A DNA stretch of 64,000 nucleotides from a virus. Its lineage: Duplodnaviria > Caudoviricetes. Every line of letters begins with the position of its first letter. The stretch's first letter is position 1. Below are positions 48,704 through 58,352 of the stretch, one piece after another. The stretch lies in the IMG/VR virus record IMGVR_UViG_3300037297_000386; one strand, written 5' to 3'. The position numbers and the translations under genes were made by a program. The notes beneath the pieces were generated by a model. That model was not told the origin of the DNA, did no database searches, and saw only the letters and a program-made list of their open reading frames with translations.

Positions 48704-51226
48704 TTAATCTATTATTTCTCCAGTCACCCTCTTAGCTACTTCAGCCATTCTTGCTTCATCCACTTCTATAGTTACAGTTTGCCTATCTGGCACGACTTTA
48801 AGTACAATCTTTTTTTCTATTGTTTCTGGTGTTTGGGTAATATTCTCTTTAGAAACATTTTTAATTTCGCGAGCAGCTTGTTGGGCCTCTTCCACTTGAA
48901 TGCGTGCCGGACGCCTAGCAACATGTCGTAGTTGCTCTTCCATATTATTAGCAATATTCCTATTATACATAGACAATTGTTTCTCAATTACATCATCTAT
49001 TCTTGGCTGTTTCAAAATATCTTGAGTTGGGACAGTTCGTCTTTCTAATGTAGCCATTTTCGGCATACGTCGATTAATGGTTGGAGGAAGATTATATTTT
49101 GTATATTGATTAACGTCGCCAACTTCAGATAAATTTATCCTCTTTTGTCTAGCCATGCCTTGTAATTGTTGTTCTGACTGTCTCAGTGTGACAAGTTTTG
49201 CGGCTTGGGCTTGCGTAAGATTTCCTGTCTGTTTAATCTCTTGCAGTTTGCTAATTTCTTGTGTAATTGCTTTAATAGTATTTTGTATATCTTTTTTAAC
49301 GAATCTTGTATTTATTTCTTGCCCAGCAGCCATTCGTGTAACCACATTAGGCCGTCCGCGCATTTCTTTAAAACCTCCTGGACCACCAGCAATAGTAACA
49401 TCACGCTTTCTAGCTAATTCTCCCATTAATTGATTAACAAATAACAAACCAGATTCTTTGCCTATTCTTATAATATCTGGTTCTTCTTTCATTCTAGTTC
49501 TTCTTCCAGTTAATCTTTCAACTTTTCCAGATATATCTGTTGAGCTAATATCTGTTATAAATTCTTTAATACCGCGCAATCCGCTAATATCTCCAGTAGC
49601 CATTTTAGTTGTAGCACGTTGGGCAGATCTAACAACTCTTCGGGCACCAGAAGATTTCATTAGATTATTTATAACATTTGCTATTTGTTTTCCTTGTGTG
49701 TGAATAGCAGCTTCTACTTTGAGTGTAGCATTTACCATATCATTGGTGGTAGCTTTTCTAGTATCCTCACCACTTTTTGTTAATTCATTAAGACGTTCTT
49801 TAGCGTTCTCAACACCTTCAATTCCATTTTCATCTATTTTTTGAAGTATTTCTATCATTTGGTTAGCTTCAGCGGTTGAGGAACCAGTCATTTGTTCTAA
49901 TAATTGACGTTGAATCATGAATTGGTTTTCTAGTGCCGGATTTTCTAAAACTTGTTCTCTAGTTAACATCTGTCCGCCAGTAAATTCTTTTATAGTATTG
50001 ATAAGTTTTTCTGACATTTCTGCCATTCCTTCCGGACCCTTTTCCATCAATGCTTCCATTTGCAATGCTGCACCAATAGCTGTGCCACCACCGCCACCAC
50101 CCATCCCAGCAGTTAGACCAATTAATGCTCTCATTTCAACTTGCATATCTCTAATACCTTGCATATATCTATTAAATAATGGTTCTACTAACCCTTTTCT
50201 TCCTTCACCAAGAGCATCTGAAAATGCCTTAAAGGTAGGAGTTACCGATGCAACAGTTCCTCCCCACAATTTCATATTATCAGTAGCACCCATAATAAGA
50301 TCAGCAACCTTGGAAAATTGCATACCAGAATTTTCAGCCGCTTGATCAATTTGCCCGAATATTAGAGCCGCAGTTTCAACAGATTCTCCTAGGTTCAAAT
50401 GTGCATTGGCCAACATATCAGCAGCTTTCGTAGCTTCCATTCCTCTGGCAGTACTAGCTAGAATAGCAATATTAGCTAGATTCATAGCTGAATGCATCTT
50501 ATTAGTACCATCTCTTAAATTTTCGATTCCAGTAAATGTATCTCTAGCCGAAAATGCCTGTTTAAGTGTTTCGCCAACTTCTAAAACATCCTTGCGCAAA
50601 GTATTAGTAGTTACCATTGTTTGGCCAAATTGTGTTTGTATATCTTCTACACTTCCTTGTGCGTCTCTAAATCCTTCGCCTATACCCATACTTGCCTGCA
50701 ATGCATACTTGTGAACATCGATTAAACTTTGTTGCAATTTAGAAAATACTTTTGTTCTAGTATCAATTCCTCCTAGTACTTTTTCTATCCCTATTAACAC
50801 ACCAAGAGCTGTACCAGAACCCAATATTCGGTTAAATTCATCAGCATGGTTTGATATACCCTTAAATGTCTTTTCAATTAATCTACCCATTGGCCCAGTA
50901 TTTTTAATAACATTCTGTAAACCACTTTCTACGGCAGTAAAACCAGGTGAATTTCTCATACTATCTAGTGTTCTTTTGAATCGATTAGCCCCGCGTTGAG
51001 CTTGTCTAAAGGCTTGATCAGTTCCTGGGGGTAATGGTAACTTAACATCTGGAGACTCAACTAACCTACCAAGCATTTGTGAATATTGCCCAGCAGATTC
51101 GCGCAAATTTATTGCTGCCTCTTTAATTCTAGATGTTTGATCAGCTAATTGCTCTGCACTTGCTTCAGGAATATTTATATTTACATTAATATCCTGCATA
51201 GTATTTGGCGCATTTTCATCAGCCAT
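48704..51226 (-). CDS. Tape measure protein
   Basis: 840 aa, Ala/Gly/Gln/Met-rich helical; canonical position after tube and chaperones. Confidence 0.8.
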   Translation of the reverse strand: MADENAPNTMQDINVNINIPEASAEQLADQTSRIKEAAINLRESAGQYSQMLGRLVESPDVKLPLPPGTDQAFRQAQRGANRFKRTLDSMRNSPGFTAVESGLQNVIKNTGPMGRLIEKTFKGISNHADEFNRILGSGTALGVLIGIEKVLGGIDTRTKVFSKLQQSLIDVHKYALQASMGIGEGFRDAQGSVEDIQTQFGQTMVTTNTLRKDVLEVGETLKQAFSARDTFTGIENLRDGTNKMHSAMNLANIAILASTARGMEATKAADMLANAHLNLGESVETAALIFGQIDQAAENSGMQFSKVADLIMGATDNMKLWGGTVASVTPTFKAFSDALGEGRKGLVEPLFNRYMQGIRDMQVEMRALIGLTAGMGGGGGGTAIGAALQMEALMEKGPEGMAEMSEKLINTIKEFTGGQMLTREQVLENPALENQFMIQRQLLEQMTGSSTAEANQMIEILQKIDENGIEGVENAKERLNELTKSGEDTRKATTNDMVNATLKVEAAIHTQGKQIANVINNLMKSSGARRVVRSAQRATTKMATGDISGLRGIKEFITDISSTDISGKVERLTGRRTRMKEEPDIIRIGKESGLLFVNQLMGELARKRDVTIAGGPGGFKEMRGRPNVVTRMAAGQEINTRFVKKDIQNTIKAITQEISKLQEIKQTGNLTQAQAAKLVTLRQSEQQLQGMARQKRINLSEVGDVNQYTKYNLPPTINRRMPKMATLERRTVPTQDILKQPRIDDVIEKQLSMYNRNIANNMEEQLRHVARRPARIQVEEAQQAAREIKNVSKENITQTPETIEKKIVLKVVPDRQTVTIEVDEARMAEVAKRVTGEIID

Positions 51227-51229
51227 AAT

Positions 51230-51682
51230 TTACTCCAGATTGAGATTTAACCAAAATTCATAATCTACAAATTTTCTTGGGTGTTCAGATTTTGATTTAT
51301 TCACTTTATAATTATCTGATCGTCTAATAGTAGATTTTGGATCTATATTATGCGTCTCCGAATTTTTACGCTTTTCTTTAGGAAGATTAATTTGTCTGCC
51401 AAAGAAATACTCAATACCAGCAACAAATTCATCATGAGGAACTTCTACTGATTCTTCACGCGCTTCTCTAATTTTACGTACAGCCTCGGGCTCCATAAAA
51501 CTAGCATGATATTCTATAAAGTCTCGGTATTGATTGTATTTCTCTTCTTCATCTTCGAAAAAATTATGATAATACCACATCCATTGAGCGGTATTGATCT
51601 CATTAAATTGTTCGTGGTCTACCGGCACATTCCACATTTTGCAAAGTTTCCAACGGAGCCTGTGCCAAGGCTCCTTTACAAG
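51230..51682 (-). CDS. Tail assembly chaperone -1 frame extension (gpT-like)
   Basis: Open in the -1 frame from the slippery site: LVKEPWHRLRWKLCK-MWNVPVDH...; predicted fusion is 339 aa. Confidence 0.85.
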   Translation of the reverse strand, partial: LVKEPWHRLRWKLCKMWNVPVDHEQFNEINTAQWMWYYHNFFEDEEEKYNQYRDFIEYHASFMEPEAVRKIREAREESVEVPHDEFVAGIEYFFGRQINLPKEKRKNSETHNIDPKSTIRRSDNYKVNKSKSEHPRKFVDYEFWLNLNLE

Positions 51683-51688
51683 TTTTTT
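51655..51688 (-). other. Programmed -1 ribosomal frameshift signal
   Basis: A AAA AAC heptamer (51688-51682) in frame, 7-nt spacer, then GGAGCCT-TGGCAC-AGGCTCC 7-bp hairpin (51674-51655). Confidence 0.9.
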
Positions 51689-52248
51689 AGTTCTTCATCA
51701 TTTTTAGATATTTCTTCTTCTTCGCCAGTTAATTTTTCATATGCTTCATATAATTTGCTAACCACAGAAATTTGTAGATTATCAATTATAGAAGTTCGTT
51801 TATGAAAATCGCTTTCAAACTCACCATCAATATCTATATCATCAAGAAACATACCATCTATTTTCTTAACTGCATTTGCAAGTGTAAGAATTCTCAAAGT
51901 AAATAAATCTGCCGCATCCGAGAAATTGTACATCATCTTGACTATCTGATTATTTTCCCGATTCGTTAGAGTACTCACTTCAAATTTTATATTATCTATT
52001 TCCACTTCTTCTGTTAATCTTCCTATAAATATCAGTTTTTCTAGTGTTTTTGAAACTGGCTTTTTTGGAGGAAGAGGGAACCCTATTTCGGTTTTTTGTG
52101 GTTGTACAGGTGCTTCAAATTGCGCCATGCGTTCATCAATAGACGAAACAGATGGTTGTGTTGCATCATCAACAACATACGTATGTGGTTTAGTCTGTCT
52201 CGGCTCTTCTCTTGTCGTATTCATATCTTGATGTCTAAGTGTAGCCAT
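51676..52248 (-). CDS. Tail assembly chaperone (gpG-like)
   Basis: Between tube and TMP; AAAGGAGA RBS; ends LKNL* at the slippery site. Confidence 0.8.
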   Translation of the reverse strand: MATLRHQDMNTTREEPRQTKPHTYVVDDATQPSVSSIDERMAQFEAPVQPQKTEIGFPLPPKKPVSKTLEKLIFIGRLTEEVEIDNIKFEVSTLTNRENNQIVKMMYNFSDAADLFTLRILTLANAVKKIDGMFLDDIDIDGEFESDFHKRTSIIDNLQISVVSKLYEAYEKLTGEEEEISKNDEELKNL

Positions 52249-52390
52249 GAACTTTCTCCTTTATAAAATTATTTTTCAATAATCCATTTTTATTATTTAC
52301 TATTTTTTATTCAAATATTTTTTTGTTTTCACATAATAAGTGATGCCATTATAGAATTTTGACAATTTTCTTTTTAAAGATATCTATAAA

Positions 52391-52438
52391 ATTAATACAC
52401 AACGCCTGTGTTGTGACAGGCGCGTGTTTTGTGTTAAT
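52391..52438 (-). terminator. Hairpin after the tail tube gene (intrinsic terminator-like, alternative folds possible)
   Basis: Minus strand ACAC-G-CGCCTGT-CACAAC-ACAGGCG-TT-GTGT-ATTAATTTT within a 250-nt gap; the U-tract is imperfect. Confidence 0.5.
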
Positions 52439-52498
52439 GTACCAATGGATAAAATCAAACGGAGGGAGCTTACTCATTTTGAACTTTATATAGAATTA

Positions 52499-53152
52499 CT
52501 ATGTCGATGGGTATTCAACAGCTTCTTCGCCTTCGAATAGAGAATTAACCAATCCTGCAGCATCAAGAGAGCCACGGCGATTTCCATAATTAACATCAGC
52601 CTCTATGCCGGCATTATCAGTCTGCCGTTCAACTGGACGCAATGAGCCATCTCGCCCGATTTGTACTAGATAAGCAGTTTCACACCATATAGTTGCAGAT
52701 TCAGTGATAATATAATTGTCAGCAGCATATGGCGTTTCGTATCTAGTAAACCAACAATTTTTATAAGTCGATACAACCTTATTGCTGTCATCATCCGGCG
52801 CGTTTGGATCTGTGCCGCTGATATCAATAACATCTATGTCAAATGGGACCCTCTGGGCTGCAATAAATCTAAATCCTCGTGAAAATGATTCAGGTAAGCG
52901 TAATTGGTCAAATACAATTCGATTAGCAGTTAATTCATACGTTGTTGCCGCATTTGGAACAATTTCAATTATACCGTCTGTGCCAATTTCTGGTATACGG
53001 TATAACGGTCTATTTTGAGCGACAGACAAGTTTTGTAGAGCACCTACTGGCGAATTATAAACCTTTATAATAATTTGTGTTGAAAGGCCCGAATTAGTAC
53101 GATTTCCGGCATTTATGAAGGTTCCGGTGTTTGGGAAACCATTATCAGTCAT
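52499..53152 (-). CDS. Tail tube protein
   Basis: VGALQNLSVAQNR....EIG, TYELTANRI, PFDIDV, YKNCWF...Y....IITESATI; ATG 53152 overlaps the endonuclease TGA (GTG 53164 is an alternative). Confidence 0.85.
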   Translation of the reverse strand: MTDNGFPNTGTFINAGNRTNSGLSTQIIIKVYNSPVGALQNLSVAQNRPLYRIPEIGTDGIIEIVPNAATTYELTANRIVFDQLRLPESFSRGFRFIAAQRVPFDIDVIDISGTDPNAPDDDSNKVVSTYKNCWFTRYETPYAADNYIITESATIWCETAYLVQIGRDGSLRPVERQTDNAGIEADVNYGNRRGSLDAAGLVNSLFEGEEAVEYPST

Positions 53153-53973
53153 TTCTTGGTACACTCCTGTAATTTATATTTTTTATATCTTTCATATTTT
53201 CTATCTAAACGAGTTTGTTCTGTTGAACCAGCATACAGCCAATCTAGAATTGAATAAGTTTGTAGACCAGAATATTCTAAATTGTGTTTGTTTCCAAGGC
53301 ATTTAATTTTTGGATTACCAGTAATGTTTTCTTTTTCAATTATACTTTTAAGCCATTTTATTATATATTTAGATCCAGAAACTATGTGTATTCTTGGTTT
53401 ATTACTATGTTTGTGCCAACCTATAGAACCATCACCATCAATATATCCACGAATATAATGATTAATCATATTATCAGGAATATTTGGAGGTTGTAAAACA
53501 AATGTTTTGTTTGGTACAATGTTAAATTTTTCAGCAACATCTTTGACAATTTTATTAGACACAATTGACATAGTTACATATTTAAATGTTTTTATTCCTC
53601 TTAATCTAGATCTTTCCCATAACATTGTATCCCGATTTACAAATCTGCATAGTTTTTCTAAATGTCTATAATCAGAATATTGCAATTCAACATGGATCAT
53701 GTTTTTAGAAACATTGCCATCTGCCGCTATAAAACCTGCCCAATAACATGATTCTTTTGTAAATTTATTAAAAGAATCATGGTTTACAAAATGGCGCATA
53801 TTTTTTCTTATACCAAGTTTTCTTAATCTGTCTAACACGGTCCAACGGGAAATATTGAATTTTTCGCCTATTTCTTTCATAGTAAGATTATCTACCAAAT
53901 ATAATCTTACTATTTCTTTGTTATCAATATTGTATCCTTTGCAACCGACCTTATTAAGATTTCTTCTATCCAT
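53149..53973 (-). CDS. Free-standing LAGLIDADG homing endonuclease with N-terminal HTH
   Basis: YWAGFIAADG and YIRGYIDGDG double motif, final LDRKY; HTH LTMKEIGEKFNISRWTV. Confidence 0.9.
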   Translation of the reverse strand: MDRRNLNKVGCKGYNIDNKEIVRLYLVDNLTMKEIGEKFNISRWTVLDRLRKLGIRKNMRHFVNHDSFNKFTKESCYWAGFIAADGNVSKNMIHVELQYSDYRHLEKLCRFVNRDTMLWERSRLRGIKTFKYVTMSIVSNKIVKDVAEKFNIVPNKTFVLQPPNIPDNMINHYIRGYIDGDGSIGWHKHSNKPRIHIVSGSKYIIKWLKSIIEKENITGNPKIKCLGNKHNLEYSGLQTYSILDWLYAGSTEQTRLDRKYERYKKYKLQECTKK

Positions 53974-53989
53974 TTTATTCTATTGATTT

Positions 53990-56557
53990 TTATAACAATC
54001 CTACCGAAACATCGATAAAAATCCAATTCACAGGATAGTTAGGAGAAACCTCAACGGAAACATTAAATTGCCTTGGATCCACGTCATCGCGGCCAACGTT
54101 CAAATTCCTGAATGTAGTTAATATTCCTTGTGCAATCAGAGCCTGCAAAGCCTTAGTTACCATTGCAGCAATTGAAGCAACTAATGTTGGATCTTCTGGT
54201 TGACCGATAAATCCTTGAAGAACATTTCGTAATACTTTAGCAGTTCTATCTCGAATAAATACAATTGATAACTCTTCTTCTTCTGCCAGACCACTAGATG
54301 TAGTTGTCTTACCATGTAACATTTTACCGCCACCAACTATTGGCTGTACTACTATAACTCCATTGTCACCAAGTTCATTTAATTCAATTGGTCGTAAGAT
54401 CTTACTACGTAAAATCACAAATCCTGTCAAATTTTTCTTGGTTAGGGGCTGTGCAACATTCGGTTCTGATGCTAACAATCCACCAGCAGCAGCTGCCATG
54501 TAGAATCCAGGTATTGTAGTACGAGTACCACTAATTACTCTAATGATTTCATCTGGCCAGAAATATGCACATCTAAAAGTATGGCCATAATTGGTACTAA
54601 CGTCAAAATTTTGTAAATCTTCAATATTATTTGCTAATACTTCTTCAGCGTCGTCACCCTGTATGCCTTCAACAACGCCAATATCCTCAACCGCTACTAG
54701 TTCTCTGCCAGCTAAAGCCGCATTTGTAACACCAGGTTGAGCACCTATCAATGCCACTCGTTCATATTTATTTGCTGTATTACTCATCAAAATACAATGT
54801 GATACTGTAGCCTGTTGGATAGCACTATAACAACAATTTGGTAGCGGCACTACCATCTGAACATCAATTGCTTCAAGTGATTCAAGTGCAGCAGCCCAAT
54901 TATTGTCGTAAAAGTCAGCATCATCTTGATCAATATAACTAATTTTTAGACCATCTCGTTGCCTGATTGTTCCATTAGTATATAAATCACCAGTTAGTAA
55001 CAATCTAGCTGACTGATCAGCATCATCTACCAGTTCCCACCTAAGGTCAGTTAATGAAGCAGTCCACCCAGAGAACCCAGTTTTTGTAACTGTAATGATC
55101 GAGTCGTCACCAGCTCCATCACCAACTGCAGTAATAGTATATTCTCCGGCTACATCACTAGCATCATTTCCATATCTATCGCGACTCAAAATTCTTAATT
55201 TTTTAAGAGTATCAACTTCTCCAGCCTCTATATTATAAGCCGCAAAAGATGCCGAGTCGGCTTGAAAAGTGTATTGACCAGCAACAGTTATACCATCGTG
55301 CCCTTCGTCTTCAACTTGGCCATCTAAAATAACTGTGTAACTATACGTATAATTCGGATTATCTATGAAACCATTAAATGGATCAGATGTAATACCGGAA
55401 TTAAAAAATTCTACTTTAGTTGGAAATATTTGAGTTTCTGTGTTACTATCATCTCTATCTATCACAAAAATATTAACAACTGTATCTGTATCAGGTATAC
55501 CGCCATCAATAGTGTACCTAAAAGCATCTATGTCACTTGAAGACAGTGGGATTCCAACTGGAGGAAAACCCTCTGTCGAGGTTGACAATGGATTATCAGA
55601 CTCTAAGAGTACCTCAGTAGTTCTTCTCGGAATAGGAGGTTTTGTTTGTAATGCAAGAATACCAAAGGCACCGTTCTCAAAAGCCATTTCAGCGCCAAGA
55701 GACAAAGTATTCGTAGCAGATGGAGTACCATGTTTTGCATAAAGTTTATTCGAATCTACGAAAAATTGTGGATCCAATAAATCTTCATTGGCTATGTATC
55801 TAGCTTCCAACAGGTCTCCTTCAGATAAAACGCGACTTGAAACTCTAACAGTGAAACGGTCGCCACGTTCGAAGGCTACTGATCCCTCAGTAATTGCAAC
55901 TCTTAGGATTCCGTTGTCGCGAACTTCACCATCACTAATAAAAACGACTGGGGCCCCATAGGCATCAACTGGTTGGCCTGATTCTGACCCTGTAGCCGTA
56001 AATACAGTGACTCCTGGGACTGGGTCACCGTAAGCATCTCGTATTACACTCGTGGCTCTAAATGTCCATGTTTCGGTCGGAGCATTGGCATCAATGAGTT
56101 CAATAGTAGACATAGACCCATCACCAACATTTGACGTACCAGGAGGAGCATACATACCACCCTGGTCAACAAGAGAGGCTCGTTGTAATTCTAAACGACC
56201 AGTGGATGGTTCTAAACGATAGTCATATCTATTATCGAAAGGATCAGTATCTATCGTATCTTCAAATCCAGTCAATGGAATGCCATTTAAATATACCGAT
56301 GTTCTTTTAGATACTAGATTGATTTTAGATAGTTCAAAATGTCTTCCATCGGAGGCACTGGATCCAGAGAAATCTGGGTTTACACCGTCAGCACCATCGC
56401 CCTCAGCGCTGAGAACTACCGTTTCTTCACGTTCTCCTAGTCCTATAATAGCTAAAATACGTAAGCCTCCTGGTATCGATATACCACGTCTGAAAGTGCG
56501 CACACGTGAAAAGACTCCTATTTGTGAATAGCCAGCGAGTCCAGGGATATTTGCCAT
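53990..56557 (-). CDS. Contractile tail sheath protein
   Basis: N-terminal GVFSRV..ILAIIG; C-terminal YMAAAAGG, PLT.K, LNELGDNGV.V, EELSIVFIRD, VSPNYPVNWIFI; precedes the tube. Confidence 0.9.
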   Translation of the reverse strand: MANIPGLAGYSQIGVFSRVRTFRRGISIPGGLRILAIIGLGEREETVVLSAEGDGADGVNPDFSGSSASDGRHFELSKINLVSKRTSVYLNGIPLTGFEDTIDTDPFDNRYDYRLEPSTGRLELQRASLVDQGGMYAPPGTSNVGDGSMSTIELIDANAPTETWTFRATSVIRDAYGDPVPGVTVFTATGSESGQPVDAYGAPVVFISDGEVRDNGILRVAITEGSVAFERGDRFTVRVSSRVLSEGDLLEARYIANEDLLDPQFFVDSNKLYAKHGTPSATNTLSLGAEMAFENGAFGILALQTKPPIPRRTTEVLLESDNPLSTSTEGFPPVGIPLSSSDIDAFRYTIDGGIPDTDTVVNIFVIDRDDSNTETQIFPTKVEFFNSGITSDPFNGFIDNPNYTYSYTVILDGQVEDEGHDGITVAGQYTFQADSASFAAYNIEAGEVDTLKKLRILSRDRYGNDASDVAGEYTITAVGDGAGDDSIITVTKTGFSGWTASLTDLRWELVDDADQSARLLLTGDLYTNGTIRQRDGLKISYIDQDDADFYDNNWAAALESLEAIDVQMVVPLPNCCYSAIQQATVSHCILMSNTANKYERVALIGAQPGVTNAALAGRELVAVEDIGVVEGIQGDDAEEVLANNIEDLQNFDVSTNYGHTFRCAYFWPDEIIRVISGTRTTIPGFYMAAAAGGLLASEPNVAQPLTKKNLTGFVILRSKILRPIELNELGDNGVIVVQPIVGGGKMLHGKTTTSSGLAEEEELSIVFIRDRTAKVLRNVLQGFIGQPEDPTLVASIAAMVTKALQALIAQGILTTFRNLNVGRDDVDPRQFNVSVEVSPNYPVNWIFIDVSVGLL

Positions 56558-56572
56558 CGTTCAATTCTCCTA

Positions 56573-57496
56573 TTAATAGCTTATTTTTGATCCTTTTTTA
56601 AAATTATCTGTTGCCCATAATGGCTGTAAATTAGTATAATGACATGCCTCAAGAAATTGTTTTCTATCCGTCAAATCAAAACTCGCTAACGGACGAATAT
56701 GATCTATATGCCAACCGCCAAATCCATAATTTTCCCAAGTCATTCCATATTGAAATTTGGTTTCTAGATATTGTTTTAGATCTGCTATCGAACAACCCAA
56801 ATCTCGGACTGCTGATCCAGATTTTTGATTATTTCGTATAGCATCGCCTAATCTTGTCCGTAATCTGCATGCCAATTTATATTGTATATCGGTTCTTTCT
56901 CTATTATTACGATATTTACAAGCCCGAGATAAAATTTTAAGCTTATTTTTCTTATAATATTTTTTATTTCGTTCTATTATTTTTTCTTTATTATTGACAC
57001 GATATTGTCTGTCTCGTTCTATTATTTTTTCTTTATTATTACAGCGATATTCACTTTTTTGGGCATTTATTTTATTTCTATTTTTGGATCTATATATTTT
57101 TTGATTGATATTTATTTTTTCTTTATTTCTAATATAATATGCTCTTCTACTATTCTTAGAATTCTCATTTTTAGATATCTTATTATTTATTATATTAGTA
57201 CAAGTTTTACATTCAGACCTGTATTTCTTAGTATCTTCTCTAAAATAAAACTCAAATATAGGTTTTATTTCATCGCATTTTCGACACTGTTTACTTCCAG
57301 ACTCTACTTCTTCTCTATATTTCTGTAATTTTTGTTTCCTTTTAGCTCTTCTTTCATCTATATTTATACAATATTCTTTATGACGTATATTATCACATTT
57401 TTTACAACAATTACGATATTTACTTGTGTCCTTCCGAAAAGAGAAATCTAATAATGTTTTTATTTTACCACATTTTATACATTTCTTACTATCCAT
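56573..57496 (-). CDS. Free-standing HNH-family homing endonuclease with two N-terminal CxxC...CxxC repeats
   Basis: KKCIKCG...CCKKC and KQCRKC...ECKTC; LGCSI..LK.YLE.KF..GMTWENYG..WHIDHIRP...HYTNLQPLWA.DN..K. Confidence 0.88.
   Translation of the reverse strand: MDSKKCIKCGKIKTLLDFSFRKDTSKYRNCCKKCDNIRHKEYCINIDERRAKRKQKLQKYREEVESGSKQCRKCDEIKPIFEFYFREDTKKYRSECKTCTNIINNKISKNENSKNSRRAYYIRNKEKININQKIYRSKNRNKINAQKSEYRCNNKEKIIERDRQYRVNNKEKIIERNKKYYKKNKLKILSRACKYRNNRERTDIQYKLACRLRTRLGDAIRNNQKSGSAVRDLGCSIADLKQYLETKFQYGMTWENYGFGGWHIDHIRPLASFDLTDRKQFLEACHYTNLQPLWATDNFKKGSKISY
56970..57040. repeat. 26-bp exact direct repeat with a 45-bp period inside the HNH gene
   Basis: cgttctattattttttctttattatt at 56970-56995 and 57015-57040 (NNKEKIIER twice). 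Confidence 0.9.
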
Positions 57497-57561
57497 TAAA
57501 TAAACCTCTATCTACACCTAATATGTAAATATTGATAGATTTTATACATTATTTGATAGGT

Positions 57562-58338
57562 TTATATTATATCAGCCATGGTAATCTGTTCATTAACAGT
57601 CAAAGCATCAGATGTTTCTCCATCTATTGTCCCAAATGCCAAACATACACCAATCCGCTCCACAATATTACTAATTGGTATATGCACTTTCCATTCACTT
57701 CTCGTATCCAAATTGACTGAAACCATATATAAATAATCATTAGCATATGGTTCTTCAATCTCACCAGATGTAGAAAGAGATTTTATAAATAGCCCTGCCC
57801 TTTGTAAATCCATGCGTTTTGTACCCATAAGAGTTACTTGAACAATATCAGCTATTTCTTCACGATCTATTTCATTCTCTGATACAATTTTAACTTCAAA
57901 TGTCTGATCCCAAGCTCCGACAAGTGTATGATAAGCAGGAGTATAAATAACAGAACTGTTGCCATAACCATCTGTAATTATTTCTTTTCTATTAATAACA
58001 CCTAATAAATTTTGGTTAAATGAAATAGGAACATATCTACTACCAGTATTTTTAACAATAATAGATGGATTAAATTTTATATCATATCTGTATGTACTTC
58101 CTATAAAAATTCGCGTAGTTTCTTCATCATCTAATCCGGCATTAGGATCAAGGCCTAAATGATAAGGAGTCTTGGGAAACCCAAAAACAGAGGAAACATA
58201 CTTATACTCTCTATCTTGTGAAAAAATTTCACGAAGTGTATCGATTAAAATACTTTTACCATGAAATATTCCAGTTTGTTGTACAACATGTTGTAAATTA
58301 AAAATATCAGATATTGCACGATGTGAAACAAGTGTCAT
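57562..58338 (-). CDS. Tail completion/terminator-like protein
   Basis: Upstream of the sheath; PSIIV, FEVKIVSEN..DREEIADIV, V.LD.R.EW pattern resembles tail-terminator folds. Confidence 0.5.
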   Translation of the reverse strand: MTLVSHRAISDIFNLQHVVQQTGIFHGKSILIDTLREIFSQDREYKYVSSVFGFPKTPYHLGLDPNAGLDDEETTRIFIGSTYRYDIKFNPSIIVKNTGSRYVPISFNQNLLGVINRKEIITDGYGNSSVIYTPAYHTLVGAWDQTFEVKIVSENEIDREEIADIVQVTLMGTKRMDLQRAGLFIKSLSTSGEIEEPYANDYLYMVSVNLDTRSEWKVHIPISNIVERIGVCLAFGTIDGETSDALTVNEQITMADII

Positions 58339-58352
58339 ATTTTCCTCAACAA

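Noticed and set aside
50086-50104. Poly-Gly tract in the TMP and poly-Gln in gp25 (near 37230-37245) as variable repeats
   Set aside because: Short, in-frame and partly mixed-codon; consistent with ordinary low-complexity sequence.
24348-58338. Extracellular contractile injection system (eCIS/tailocin) rather than a phage tail
   Set aside because: No Afp15-like AAA ATPase; the homing endonucleases, G/GT frameshift, thymidine kinase and many small phage-type ORFs favour a phage. No capsid gene lies in the window, so this is not absolute proof.
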